DNA of 64,000 bases, taken from the NCBI GenBank assembly GCA_973895155.1, contig OZ316891.1, positions 12,460,771 through 12,524,770 of the forward strand, written 5' to 3'. The DNA is from Marsupella aquatica. Taxonomy: Eukaryota; Plantae; Marchantiophyta. The notes under the pieces were generated by a model. The model did not search any database, was not told the DNA's origin, and worked only from the letters and a program-made list of their open reading frames with translations. Shown piece by piece: positions 12,850 to 24,730 of the stretch. Each line of letters begins with the position of its first letter. Positions within the stretch are counted from its first letter, which is position 1. The position numbers and the translations under genes were made by a program.

Positions 12850-14580
12850 TACTACGCGACATTGCTGGCCTCATTATCTATAAACTTTGGGCAATAAAGG
12901 GCTTTCCGAGCACCCCTCACTGACCACAGACCTTTCCCCTCCCAAGTCAAAATGACGGGCGCTTCATCAACCTCCTTTGCAGACTTTTCAGCATAGCAAG
13001 GAAGCATGAATCCCTTCTCAGGGGTCACAAGAAGATTATCCTCAATTTCTTTTTGAAGACGGAATCTCTCCTCAGAAAACCTATCAGTTGCAGAACTCGA
13101 CTACCTTAACACTTAGCACCAGCGTCGATTACTCTGACGTGCTCCCTTATGGTCCAGGCCGGAACGGCCATCCCGGGAAAACTTAGCATGGGGAGACTTG
13201 TGGGCAATGGGGCGTGGCACTAGCGAAGGCAAGGTGCTAAACTGGTGACACACACTAAGGACTTAGACTAACTGAGGGCTGGTCGAGTCAAGGAGGAAAG
13301 GGCCGGGCTCAAGGTCGGCCATCCGGACCCCCTGACGGACTTTGAGTTATGAGGGCTTGAGTGAGACCTCCTCTTGGGCCCAAGGCCAATGAAGCAGACT
13401 CCATGGGCAACGGACGCTTGGGGCATGAGTTATGGCCCAATTCGGGTTTGGCCGATCGGGGTCCCGGGCGACAATAGGATCTGAGGGTCTAGGCATGAGC
13501 ATTGGGTCGGCCCGATCACAATGGGCTAAGGCACTCCTAACTAGAAAGTTATGGGTATTGCCAGTTGGTGGCTCGCCCATACATGCGGGTTGAGGTCCAG
13601 GTGGGGGCCAAAATTTGGGGACCAAAGTTGATCTAGGTGTCAGGTCTCCATAAACATATATGAGGGGAGTGGTGTCTCCCTGGGGGCTAAGGGCAAGCTG
13701 AAATCGTGGGCCGCGACGGTCGCGACACTAAGGGAAACGTCAACTGGAAATGGCGATAAGTTCCCATCGGGAAGTCCGTTGGAGGACTTCTTGGATGCGT
13801 TGGAAATATCTCAAGGAGGACTACATCCTCTTGAGCTCAAATGGGTTAAGGGTGCCATAGGTTCTCGGGGTTTGTGGGGGCAATATCGCCCGCTTGCCAA
13901 ATCCTACAGAAACAGCAGCCAAGTTAGTCGCGTTCAGTCTCTCAAGGGAGCTTGTGTTAGCGAGGCAAGGCCAAGTAGGCATGGAGTTTGAGTTCCAATG
14001 GCACTTGGCCCCTAGACCATCAATGGGGCAAGAACTGGGTGTTGGTTGCTAGAGTCGGGGCCATTCCGGTCCCGGCGTGTTGGGACAAGCTTGGGACAAG
14101 CTTGGGACAAGCTACGCTATTTGGGCCATGAGCATGTCTTGGAGGTAGGGCGGTCAGTTGGTGATGGATAGGTACAAGGGGAAACCCAGGCTGCACCCAA
14201 GTAAGGATGGACAGTGGGTGTTGGTTCTGGTTCCGGCTTATGGCATCGAGAGGACCTATTGCTGACCTACTTACCAATGTTTGTTGAGCTTGAGTTAGGA
14301 TGCTAGACTTGGGAGATCTAGAATGATCCTGAAAGGTTAGTTACCATGACGCTTGGTTGGTTGTGCAGACAGTGAGGACTGTTGAGTAGCGGTTGAGATT
14401 AGGGACAAGCGTGACTTTGTATGGGAGAGGCCGCAGGCGGTGCAAGGGACACTAGATTGCTTGCTCAATGTATTTTGTGGAGACATTGTTCAGGCACCAG
14501 GGGCACTTAGGCGTGGGTGTTGGGATTGGTGAGGGCGCTAGGTGGCTAGATCCACCACTCTATCCGACCGCCTATCACTG
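12850..14580. mobile_element. Degenerate GC-rich TE-like segment of unknown family
   Basis: Abrupt shift to GC-rich sequence with short broken Pro-rich minus-strand ORFs and a small ttgggacaagc repeat at 14080-14112. No diagnostic domain recognised. Confidence 0.3.
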
Positions 14581-14698
14581 AAGAAATCACCAACATATAT
14601 TGGACGGGATATTGGATCAATAATACGCATCCAAAAATTCTAGAAAGAACTGAAAAACACCAAATAGAGAGTTCTACATCAAAGGCCAATTAAGTACT

Positions 14699-15850
14699 TT
14701 ACTCCAGGTCAAATAAAATTCATCCTTCTCGTCAGAAGGTCCGTCCTGATCATCTCCTGGGGTGGTGACCTTGTCGTTCGATCCTTCATCTTTGGGGTTC
14801 TCCTTCTTCTGATTTGCGGCCCCTTTCAACTTGACTGGGCATGTCTCTCCAACACAGTTACCAGACTTTTTTCAGCACACGGATGAAGAATGTCTCTATC
14901 TTCCACCCCTATAATGAATCTCCCTGCATACTCCCTAGTGGTAAAAGCACTGCCATCTCCAATAGTCCAATCAATGACAATGTCCTTTGGCAAAGTAAGG
15001 ATATCCATTATGGCTTGCATGAACCCAAACTGACAATCTATTGGACCCTGCAAATGCATCCCTCGGGCTAGGATCAGTTTTTAGGTAGCAAACATTTAGC
15101 ATCAATGAGTTTATGACAAGCATCCTTAGAAGAAGTCAGTAGAACATATCCAATATGTTTTGGTACTTTTGTTGTGCATTCCACTTTGCAACATACATCC
15201 ATTATGAGAGTAACTACCTCAATTCAAAACAAGAATTTGTCAAAAATGGGTACTTTTGGTTAGCAAGGTTGCTAGCCAAAATCATACGTAATAATGGGAA
15301 ATTTAAGAGGATATCTTACCTCTATATCCATATCCGCCTGATACAAAGGAGATGCAAGCAAAACCAAATATTGTCAAACTGTATGTTTGAATTTGTTCTT
15401 CTGCTTGACTGCATAATTGTTTTGTCTCATATGGTTATAGTCAGAGCTATGAAGAATTGTGACATAACCACGTTGCAAGCATCGGATGCATGACCCAAAA
15501 GAAATAATATGGTAATTTCTCACTCCAAACATTCCACTTCGAGACCTCCCGGTCTATGACACTCGTTCTATGACCATCGGAAGGAAAATAAAACCCAAGT
15601 GAGCACCAATTCCAAAGTATGGTTTGCCATTGGTGATCATCATATTTGGGCGTTCTCTCAGTTTGCTCATTGCAGACAACCACTGATCTGCATCATCCAT
15701 CCAGGGAGGTCTTACTTTCCTTTGGCTAATTGATCTAGAGTGAAATGCCAATATATTATATATACTGAAAGGGTTTACACCATATACCCTAAACGTTTTT
15801 TGCTTTCTGACTTTGAGAAAGTTGTTTGGAGGCAAAGAGCGGGGCAAAGA
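14699..15850 (-). pseudogene. Decayed N6-adenine/N4-cytosine (amino, beta-class-like) DNA methyltransferase-like gene
   Basis: 14826-15059 encodes QGPIDCQFGFMQAIMDILTLPKDIVIDWTIGDGSAFTTREYAGRFIIGVEDR, resembling the (S/T)xPGDxVLDPFxGxGTT..A...GRxxIGxE SAM-binding end of N6_N4_Mtase domains. Frameshifted upstream pieces (AHLGFIFLP/DG..VSKWN...FF..CL..GYVTILH) sit where motifs IV-VI are expected. There is a GTAAG donor near 15318, and stops and frameshifts are present. Confidence 0.6.
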
Positions 15851-15940
15851 GACAATGGTGATTTACAAGGATTGAATTTAACATCATAATTATATATATA
15901 ATTCAGACAAAGAGCATATTTGCAAGTGAATGAGATGTTG

Positions 15941-16183
15941 TCCTAGCCTAATATAAACACACCTATTTTATAACAGGAATATTTCAAAAATATTTTCTAT
16001 TTTCAATATTAATGACTTATTTTACTTTATAAAAGGTATACATTAGAGTATATTCTACAAATATGAGTTTATAATACCTTCTTTTGCTTCCTATGTTTTT
16101 TAAAAATTTAGTTAATTTATATGAAAAATACATATTTTGGATTGCATGTGGTTCCTAAGATTTTTGATAGTCACCCCTCAGAG
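15941..16183. mobile_element. Left-truncated copy of the MITE at 21111-21397
   Basis: 15941-16173 aligns colinearly with 21155-21387 (tcct(a/g)gcctaatataaacacacctattttta...ggttcctaagatt..gatagtca). Confidence 0.8.
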
Positions 16184-16185
16184 GT

Positions 16186-16640
16186 TACAGTCCAGTGAAA
16201 TTATATTATGTAAGGCATTGTGTGCAAGTGTGCAAGAGGTCCCAAATCCCATTGTGCAAGAGGTCCCAAATCCCATTGTGCAGGAGGTTCACGAGGGAAC
16301 AACCCACTTCATTTCAAGTCAGTAGTCATTGATTGGTGTGGAGGATGTTGACAACACATTACTTGGATCGGAGGGGAGAAAGCAGTCTCCTTCTTCAAAG
16401 CAACAACCTGAGATTGTGAACAGTAGATCAGAAGCGCAGACAAGTTTGCCGTTACAGTCCAATGAAGTTATACTATGTGGGGCATTGTGTGCAAGTGTGC
16501 AAGAGGTTACAAATGCCATTGTGCAGGTCGGAGGTGAGGGAACAACCCACTTTGTTTTTGAGCCAACAATTAGTGACTAGTGTGGAACATGTTGCAAAGA
16601 AGCTATGCCCTTTGAAGGGGACAGACAAGGCTCCTTCTTC
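16186..16640 (+). repeat. Internal duplication (about 270-bp period) plus a 24-bp tandem unit (gtgcaagaggtcccaaatcccatt)
   Basis: ttacagtcca(g/a)tgaa(a/g)ttat...gcattgtgtgcaagtgtgcaagaggt occurs at about 16186 and 16452. It may be the repetitive N-terminal part of the SNF2 pseudogene. Confidence 0.75.
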
Positions 16641-17129
16641 TTCAAATCCAAAACAATGTGAGATTGTTCATAGGTTACAGTCAAGTGAAGATAGAAAAGA
16701 TGTTTGCCCATCAGAGGAGACCCACCAGGCTGCTTTAGCAATGATGGGCGGACATGATGAGGTTACCATCCAGATTTTGGATATCTTACTTAAAATATGG
16801 GAAGACAGGAACAATGGGTACATGGAGGAAGTGCACAGTCTGAACCCAAGCCCTGTAAGAAGGTCTACACCTATCGACCCTCTTTGTGCTCATACCTACA
16901 AAGAACTTGTCGAAAATGGGAATAGTTGGAAGAGGCAGCAAGGGCAAGTTGTTGGACCACCTAAGAAATGGGTGTGTGTTGAATTTGGTTTGTTCCATTA
17001 CTGTAAAATTAAGTTGTGAATGCCATCTATGAAAACCGTTGCTTCTTTTGCAATTGACTTTTGTTTGGACGTGGCAGACAGCCAGGCAACTTGAGTTAAC
17101 GATATCCCCACTGATTGGGGAAATGCGAA

Positions 17130-19490
17130 ACATAAATTTCTTGCCCCACCAACTGAAATGGCTTCATTGGATGGTGTCCAGATAGACATCCTATATGGGT
17201 AATCCATCGGGAGGCATATTGGCAGACAAGTAGGTACACGGTCAAACGCCATTTAGTGTGACATGTGGAATTCACGGTTGCTTTCCTTTCATTGTAATAT
17301 AGCATATACTGAGCAGGTTCTGAAAGTATATCATTTTAATGTGCTTTGTATGTAAAAAAATGGTGAATTGTATTTTGCAAGGAACTCGAAAGACAATCCA
17401 GCTTCTTGGTCTCATTCTGAAATATAGACCTTCAGGGAGAAGCACTCTTATAGTGTGCCAGGAGTGTTCTTAAACAATTATGGGGAGAGGAGATAGAACA
17501 TAAAACCATAGAGAAAGCCAATGTGAAATTTTTCCTGTACCATGGAAATAAAAGACCAAAAAAACTAGAAGAATTGTCAAAATATGATATTGTAATTACA
17601 ACATATGAGACTCTAGTAGATGAGTCATCAGTATCAGATAAAGAAGTTGCACAAATGTCATATAAAGAAGTTGCAAAAATGCCAACTTGATAAAGAAGAG
17701 AGAAAACAAAGACCAAAGCGCAACCCTCTTCTAGAACAGGTGAAGTGGATGCGGATAATTCTAGATGAGTGCCACAACATTAAAACCCCAAAAGCATAGT
17801 TGCCCAACGTGTATGCAAGTTGGAAGAAAGCAGTTGATGGTGTGTCAATGGGACTCCTATTTCAAATGACACATGGGAAACATTTAGTTACTTCAGGTTC
17901 CTTTGTTATTCACCTCTAGGCGAACGAGTTGAGTTTCTAAAAGTACATAAAATGGTCATGAATGAGTTAGACATCAAAACGTACTACCTTCATGAGCACT
18001 TACTGCCCATGACATTGAGAGAATGAAAGGTATGTAGACCACGTTCAAAGGAGGTTCCATGTAAAGATAGTGCTGATTGTATTCTCCTACTTGGGTCTAT
18101 ATCACCAACTGATTTTGACTTATGTAGATATTCTAGACCTACCACACAAGATACATAAGATAGTGTATGTACAATTCAAGGCACCTAAAGACATTGCTAT
18201 GTACCAAGCGCTAGTGAACCAAAGCACTACAACATTGTAGGTATCCTGATTAATTTTTCCTTGGCAACAATTGTCTCTTGGTTTGGTCAATGAAATGTGG
18301 ATAAACTATCTCACATTTCTGTTGACAATGTCAGATAGGAAAATAGAAGAAAAAAAAGCAATGTCGTGTTCCAAATTCTTGTTCTTATACTTCGGATCTG
18401 CCAAATGTGTGTTCATTGTTCCCTTATGTGGTTGAAGTCGTCATCGGCATAACCAATTAAAAAGCAAGTGACACTGAGCGATGAGAAAAACAAGAATGTG
18501 TAGAGCTGCTGGCGGATTTTGACATTGAATCTAAATGTCTCAACTGCGGGGTAATTCATCAACTGTACACGTTGCATTTGTGATTTTTATTTTACAGGTT
18601 GTGTTAATTGGCAAAGGATTTGGTATTTTGTCAGTGATCGTGCAGGAATCTCTGGAAGGTAGCATTAGGGTATTATACTGTTGTCATCTATTTTGTGACT
18701 ATATATTGTTCACTGCTACAAGATGGGACTTCCTCTGTTGAATGCCCTATCAATGGATGCCGCAACAAACTGTCAAAAGCGGAAAAGATGTACACATTGA
18801 AGGATTTGTTCCCTTCAGGCAATGATGACACAGATGTCGAATGGCTAGGTTATGATTGTCCAGCACACCATCTCCCAAAATCAATGCTCTTATGAAATAC
18901 TTGTCGTACGTTCCAGTGGATACCTCCTCGGCATCTGGAATTCCAGTAAAAGAAAAGGCCATTTGCTCTGGACTTGATACATGAATAACTAAAAAAGGAA
19001 GAAATTCAGTATAGAAGGGTGGATGGCAACATGCAAAATTCATGTTTTCAAACCGATTCATGTTGCCATGTTTTCAAACCGATTCATGACACTTTTCATA
19101 CCGATTCAAGACAATCCCACTTGTAAGTATTTTTATTCCGAGGCCAAACTAGAATTAATTGTTATTAAATTGCCGTAAACTTGAATTTCTTTATCAGTGA
19201 TAAGAAGTGACGATGACATATGAAGTGATTTAATATAATTTATGTGTAACTTTTGTCAGGTGACGGTGATTCTCTTGTCCTTGAAGGCAACAAATGTAGG
19301 ATTGAACATCTCTGCAACGAAACCATGTGCTTTTTAAAGATTGTTGGTAAAACCAACAATAGAAGACCAGCCAGTTGACAAAGCCCATAGACTTGGCCAA
19401 AAGAAAGAAGTACAAGTAATGCACTTTGTGATGAAGGGTGGCATTGAGGAGAAGATATAATTATGACATACAAGAGAATAAAATGAGATT
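17130..19490 (+). pseudogene. SNF2-RING-helicase (RAD5/RAD16/FRG-type chromatin remodeller) pseudogene with introns
   Basis: Colinear motifs: FLPHQLKWLHWMVSR*..GGILAD (17138-17230); GTRKTIQLLGLIL and STLIVC (17381-17460); FFLYHG..YDIVITTYETL; VKWMRIILDECHNIK (about 17740-17785); WCVNGTPISN; RING remnants CCHLFC and CPINGCR (18680-18765); SPKINALMKYL; VILLSLKATNVGLN and EDQPVDKAHRLGQKKEV..IEEKI (19260-19460). Several stops and frameshifts. Confidence 0.88.
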
Positions 19491-20020
19491 CAAATGCCTC
19501 TATGGGGATGAGTATGGGGAAGGCCAACGGAAGACAAGCAAACCAACCTGGAAGATTTAGAGTACCTATTTCAAAGTTGATTGTCACTTGTTTCAATCTA
19601 AAAATGATAAATTTAAGTTTATTAACGTGCACTGTGGCTGGGTTTATGGAACAAGAGCGTGACCGGAAAGTGCTTGACATGTCAACACTGGAATCCAAAA
19701 TACTTCATAGGACGACCTTGTCAGGGTACTTGTATACCGAAGGAAAGAGATCCTGGGGCAGTGTTGGGGTACTCTTCGACCGATCAGGCAAAAGATATCG
19801 GGGTAGTGTTATGAATGCTCAGTGGATGAATCCCCTATTGGAATACTTGTATTTAGGCTCATATTACAAAGGAAAGAGATCTTAGTGTAGTTTAACTATG
19901 AACGTTCATAGCACCCTTAATAGTACTTATTGTCTAGAGGACCCTAGAATTGGGCTACTCGTATATCAAAGGAATCTTTTTCCCGGGGTAGTGTTATGAA
20001 TGCTCAGTGAACGAATCCTC

Positions 20021-20603
20021 TGTTGGTGAAATATATTTCCTAATTAACCCCAACTTGTGAGAGGACTACATTACCCTGGACATATTTCTTTGGACATATT
20101 GCTCTAGACATATTTCTACTGAATGGACTCTGGTAAATATTTCCCGTGTGTACTATGGCAATTGAGTGACTTTGATTGGATTTGAGTGGAGGCCATAGGG
20201 CATCAACTATATAAATAAGAGGGAGTGGAGGCTCACTTCCTCACTTGTTTATTAGTTTCTCACTTGCTTGCTTTCTTGGAGGGGCGCCATTGGTTGGGAC
20301 TCAAGGAAGGAGGAGTGGGGATTAGTGAGGAGTCAGAGTGTGTGGCACCTTGGGAATTAGGAGTTAGTGTTCATGAAAGACTCTAGTATTGAAGACCTTG
20401 GATGGAGCCCAAGCTTGTACTAAGTTTACTTGATATAAACCTATGTGTCTTTCTTCCTTGGACACTCTTATTCTAACTTGTGAAGAGAGTGTGATACTTT
20501 CTTTTGACGGTTTTATGACATGTTTTTGACGGTTTTCTTTTGACCTTTTTTGTGACATATTTTATAAGGAGTACTTTGGTGATAGAGTTTTGTTTACCAA
20601 ACA
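20021..20603 (+). mobile_element. Possible solo LTR
   Basis: Begins TGTTGGTGAA and ends TTTACCAAACA (imperfect inverted termini), with an internal TATATAAATA at about 20208 followed by a CT-rich tract. No TSD found. Confidence 0.4.
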
Positions 20604-21110
20604 ACGCTGGAGTACATCACCAATATTTCTTGGACAAGAAATGATGTGATTGTATGCTCGATGGTTATTTGGTCAAGCACTAGCACACCAACTGGAAACT
20701 TTATCTTTGTGTGAGGTTTTGAAGCCAAACTTTTATGATCGAGTTTTGGTTGATCAAGAAGGCACTAGGGTGTAGTATGGGCAAGGATTCCTATGGAAGT
20801 GCTTCACCTGCAATAAGAGCCTTGTCTGTGGAATTTACTATAAGAGTACCCAAAGTACAAGCGCTCTTGAAACACGAAACAAAATTACGGTGGAAACCCT
20901 TACACTCTTGTTTCATTCAATGTAAATGTAAGGGTGTCGTGTTCTGCAATGGCACCTACCTGCCACCCCCAAGGACATCACCCTTTCCTACAACAGTCGA
21001 GGGTGCCACCTAACTTACCAACCCGATAATTGGTTCCTACGCTCCTTGCAAGTCGTGCATGCAAATTTGTGCTAAAGCAAGGCCGGCCAGAACTCCCGAC
21101 AACAGAGTGG

Positions 21111-21397
21111 CTCGGGGGGTTAACTTAGTGTATATTTTGGGGTTCCACTTGCGATCCTGGCCTAATATAAACACACCTATTTTATAATCAGAATATTCTA
21201 AAAATATTCTCTAATTTCAATGTTAATGACCTATTTTACTTTATAAAAGGTATATATTAGAGAATATTTTATAAATATGGGTTTATAATGACTTCTTTTA
21301 CTTACTACGCTTTTTAAAAATTTAGCTAAATTCTATGAAAAATACCTATTTTGGATCGCACTTGGTTCCTAAGATTGTCGATAGTCAACGCCCCGAG
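21111..21397. mobile_element. MITE (287 bp), hAT-like by TSD length
   Basis: Imperfect TIRs ctcgggg(g/c)gtt(a/g)act...tgcgatcc, exact 8-bp TSD CAGAGTGG at 21103-21110 and 21398-21405, AT-rich core. Confidence 0.88.
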
Positions 21398-21955
21398 CAG
21401 AGTGGGCCTGATGGCCAAAAAGTATCCGACAACGGGAAGTCAAATTTCAGGGAGTCCTACTATATAATAATGATGGAACAAGTGGACTAATTTCTGGCCG
21501 GCCTCTCCATTGGCTCCCTCAACTAACTTCGTAGTTTTTTTTCCCAACTCAGTAAAGAATGAGTTTTTCTCGTACAGTCAAAGTTTCAGTTGTGCACATG
21601 ATTCCTGAGGTACCAAATTTTTTGCACCAATTCCCGTCGGTAATACGAAATGTTTCGCACTATTTCATGCGATAACTCCAACCCAGAGGTGTCCTCTAGA
21701 AAATATTTTGCACCAGACTAGGACCTTTCTTGTCTTGTAATACCCGGTCAAAATTGTTTGCAACAGAGGCATTCTGCAATGCCATAGGAACTTTGTCCAC
21801 AGATTTCGCCATACCAAATTTTTTGCACAGGGGGGACATGCATGTGCGTACCTGCTGCCATATCAATTTTTTTCGCACCAGATATTCCTCCTGCCTATTT
21901 TTGTACCTACCATAAAAATAAAGATTACAACAACAAATAGGGTTGATTTGATCCG

Positions 21956-22283
21956 AAACCCTATCTCCTGTATTGGATGTGCATTTTGATGGGCAGAGGA
22001 AAGGTGAGGAGAGTTTTTCTAGTCTAGAGAGTACGCAGTGTTGAAAATATGATATCTGAGGCGAGAGAAAATTTGTGCTGGTAAATGTGTTCAGTGGAAA
22101 CATATATTAAGTTCTGTTCAGTGGAAACATACGTTAACCCTCCAAAATAGAGGGAGGCATTTATTTTTTCTAAACCCTAAACATTGGCGCGTAAAATAGT
22201 GTTTTGCGCCAAGCTGTAAAACATAACAAAATGTTATGCTATAAGACACCGCATTTGTGGGCGAAAACAAATGCGGGCGAAAA
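21956..22283 (+). promoter_or_regulatory. Telo-boxes (AAACCCTA at 21956 and 22172) and E2F-like sites (TTGGCGCG, two GGGCGAAAA) upstream of SNRNP27
   Basis: Short motif matches only. The position upstream of an RNA-processing gene is consistent with known telo-box usage. Confidence 0.3.
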
Positions 22284-22480
22284 GTCACGGAAACAGATTC
22301 AATAATTTCGACATTTCTCTGCAGATTCCTTTCGCTCCAAAGGTACACTTCGTCCTTTTCTTGTACTCCTTATTTTCCGTTCTCTCACAAGTGTATTTCT
22401 ACTGGCCACCTGCCCACCTGACCACCTTTCATCACTCCTCTCGTCTAGAGGCTCCAATCTCGAGTTGAATGTGCGTTCCT

Positions 22481-22650
22481 CTTCAAATGTAGTTGTAAGG
22501 AGCTCGAGTTGATCTGTCAAACCCCTTCGAATGTAGTTGGGAGGAGCTCAAGTTGACTGAGTGTTTCTCTTTCGAATGTAGTTTGAGGATAGGAAGGAAC
22601 TCCGATCTTGAACTGAATGTCTGTTTTTCTTCGAATATAGTTCAGGAAAC
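22481..22650. repeat. Degenerate tandem repeat (ttcgaatgtagtt core, 4 units) in the probable 5'-UTR intron of SNRNP27
   Basis: cttcaaatgtagttg / cttcgaatgtagttg / ttcgaatgtagttt / cttcgaatatagttc at about 45-60 bp spacing. Confidence 0.6.
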
Positions 22651-22706
22651 GAAGGAGCACCAGCACCACTGCCGTTGCTGCAAGCAAGCAGACAGTCGCC
22701 CTCTAC

Positions 22707-23507
22707 ATGGCTAGGTCCCCTTCGCGCTCACGTTCCAGGTCTCCTCGGAAGGGAGAGAGAAGGAGAGAAAGAGATTATAGGGGAGACCGCGAACGGGAGA
22801 GAGACAAGGGCTACGAAAGAGAGAGAGATCGCGACTTGGATATTAGAAGTCGTGGTGATCGAGGAAGGTCAGCAAGAGATCGAGACAGAGGAGACAGAGG
22901 AGACAGGGGAGATAGGGGGGATAGGGGAGATAGAGGAGATAGGGGTGACAGAGGAGATAGAAGAGATAGAGGAGACAGGGGCGATAGAGGAGAACGGACG
23001 AGGGAGAGAGAGAGAGGACGCTCAGGCTCACCTCGACGGGACCATCAACGCGAACATTCAAGTGACTATGATATCCGGCGGGATGCAAGCGGGGGTCGAG
23101 GAAGAAGCAGGGACGCTGGCAATGATCTAGCGGACGTTGAGAAGCTACTCAAGAAAGAGACTGGGAGGAGAGACGATGAAATTATGAAAGTTCCAGAGGG
23201 CCAAAGGGCTGCAATTGTTGCAGAGTTTGTAGATGGGATAGTGCGTGAGCATGAGCAACTTGCAGAAGCCTCATTACACTCATCACCGCGGCCACCACCT
23301 CCGTTAGGTCTTGCTGGACCTCAACCAGATGAGGAGGAGATTATGAAGAAACTGGGTATTCCAGTCGGCTTTAACACTAGCAAAGGAAAGTATGTTGGAG
23401 ATGCCAATCACAGTGCCGTGAAGTTGACTACCAAGCGCCAGCCCAGGCAATATATGAATAGAAGAGGGGGATTCAATCGCCCTTTACCTGCTGAAACGAA
23501 TAGGTGA
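22707..23507 (+). CDS. SNRNP27: U4/U6.U5 tri-snRNP 27-kDa protein (RS/RD-rich N-terminus, DUF1777 C-terminus)
   Basis: RSPSRSRSRSP start, RGD-repeat tract, and C-terminal MKKLGIPVGFNTSKGK..KRQPRQYMNRRGGFNRPLP. Confidence 0.92.
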   Translation: MARSPSRSRSRSPRKGERRRERDYRGDRERERDKGYERERDRDLDIRSRGDRGRSARDRDRGDRGDRGDRGDRGDRGDRGDRGDRRDRGDRGDRGERTRERERGRSGSPRRDHQREHSSDYDIRRDASGGRGRSRDAGNDLADVEKLLKKETGRRDDEIMKVPEGQRAAIVAEFVDGIVREHEQLAEASLHSSPRPPPPLGLAGPQPDEEEIMKKLGIPVGFNTSKGKYVGDANHSAVKLTTKRQPRQYMNRRGGFNRPLPAETNR

Positions 23508-24494
23508 TGAGGCGGACCTGAGGTTCACACATGCGAAATATGACATATTCGTGATCATAAAAATTGGTCTTGACATTCTATGGATCGCCAAGGGTGGTGT
23601 AGAGGACAGATTGTTACATGATAATGTCACTGGAGTGAAGTTGTGGAGGTGGATCGAATGGATGAGTGAAATTGGCGAAGGGTTTTCTTCTATCTCCAAT
23701 CCGGATTTAAATGAGGTGGCGCCAGCTGAATTGAAGTGTTTTCACTGCTATACATGACTGGCCGATGCAATTTGTTCCTCAATTGACAGTCCGTCATGCT
23801 AGTGGTGAGAGAATGCAAGTATCAACGTTACTTTTGGCCGTTTTATAGATGACTCTGTTTTTCAATCTGAGCCATTGATTTTCAACGTTAATCCTGAAGT
23901 AGATAGAAATTAGAAACCCCGATCTCAGAGGGTCTTTTTCTCCCAGCATGAGATGATTGCTCTCTTGTCTGGTGTCGAGGATGATGATCGCTTTGTTGTG
24001 CAGTCTACAGCATACTGCATTTCCAGCAAATGGGACAGAAAGAAGTGCCTAATTATAGACTTTAACGCACTACTGTAATTGCTCGAACTGTTAGAATTGT
24101 TTCAGATTGAGGGTAGTGAAGTTAGAGCATTACCATAGCCAAACCAGCTTCCGTTGGTCGAGTGAACTGAGCGAGAATAGACTCATCTCCACTTATATTC
24201 TTGACACTTCTGAAACCAACTGTTGACCACTCTAGGTACAGTTATGTATGATTGCAATCATAGTCCTCACAAGTGACGAATCTACAGATTGCCTGAATAA
24301 TAGGTTGGTCTCTGCTCAAATGGGAAAGGTTGCACGGAAAGACATTTCCTCAGCCTGCAGTTCTTCGAGAGTTGCAGACTTTAAATTCACTCCCCCACGC
24401 GCATCACCACTCAAGCAGCTACAGTGAATGGGAAGCTGTCCAATTGAAAGCCCTCAGAACACTGAGATCTTTCCATTTCTTTGCTCCACAACTC

Positions 24495-24730
24495 TGGTTA
24501 AACCACAACTACCTGTATAAAAGCTATGGGTTTACCCATAGCTCTCAGTATTTGCTATTCCTGTGCGGGCAATACGCTCGTAAAACCACCATAACCTGTA
24601 TGCAATGCACACATTCAATTCATGGTTAAACCACAACTACCTGTATAAGATTCAAGGGTCACCCATAGCTCTCAATATTTGCTATTCCTTTGCAGCACTC
24701 CTCTGGTACAATGCACACATTCAATTCAAT
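24495..24730. repeat. Tandem duplication, about 128-bp period
   Basis: tggttaaaccacaactacctgtataa...acccatagctctca..atttgctattcct...caatgcacacattcaattca occurs twice. Confidence 0.8.

Noticed and set aside
15941-21387. Two 233-bp direct repeats flanking the SNF2 pseudogene, read as an LTR pair
   Set aside because: The second copy has its own TIRs and 8-bp TSD, so these are independent MITE insertions; no PBS, PPT or gag-pol was seen.
21454-21700. Helitron suggested by a TCCTACTATATAAT start and a later CTAG
   Set aside because: No convincing subterminal hairpin or A/T insertion site.
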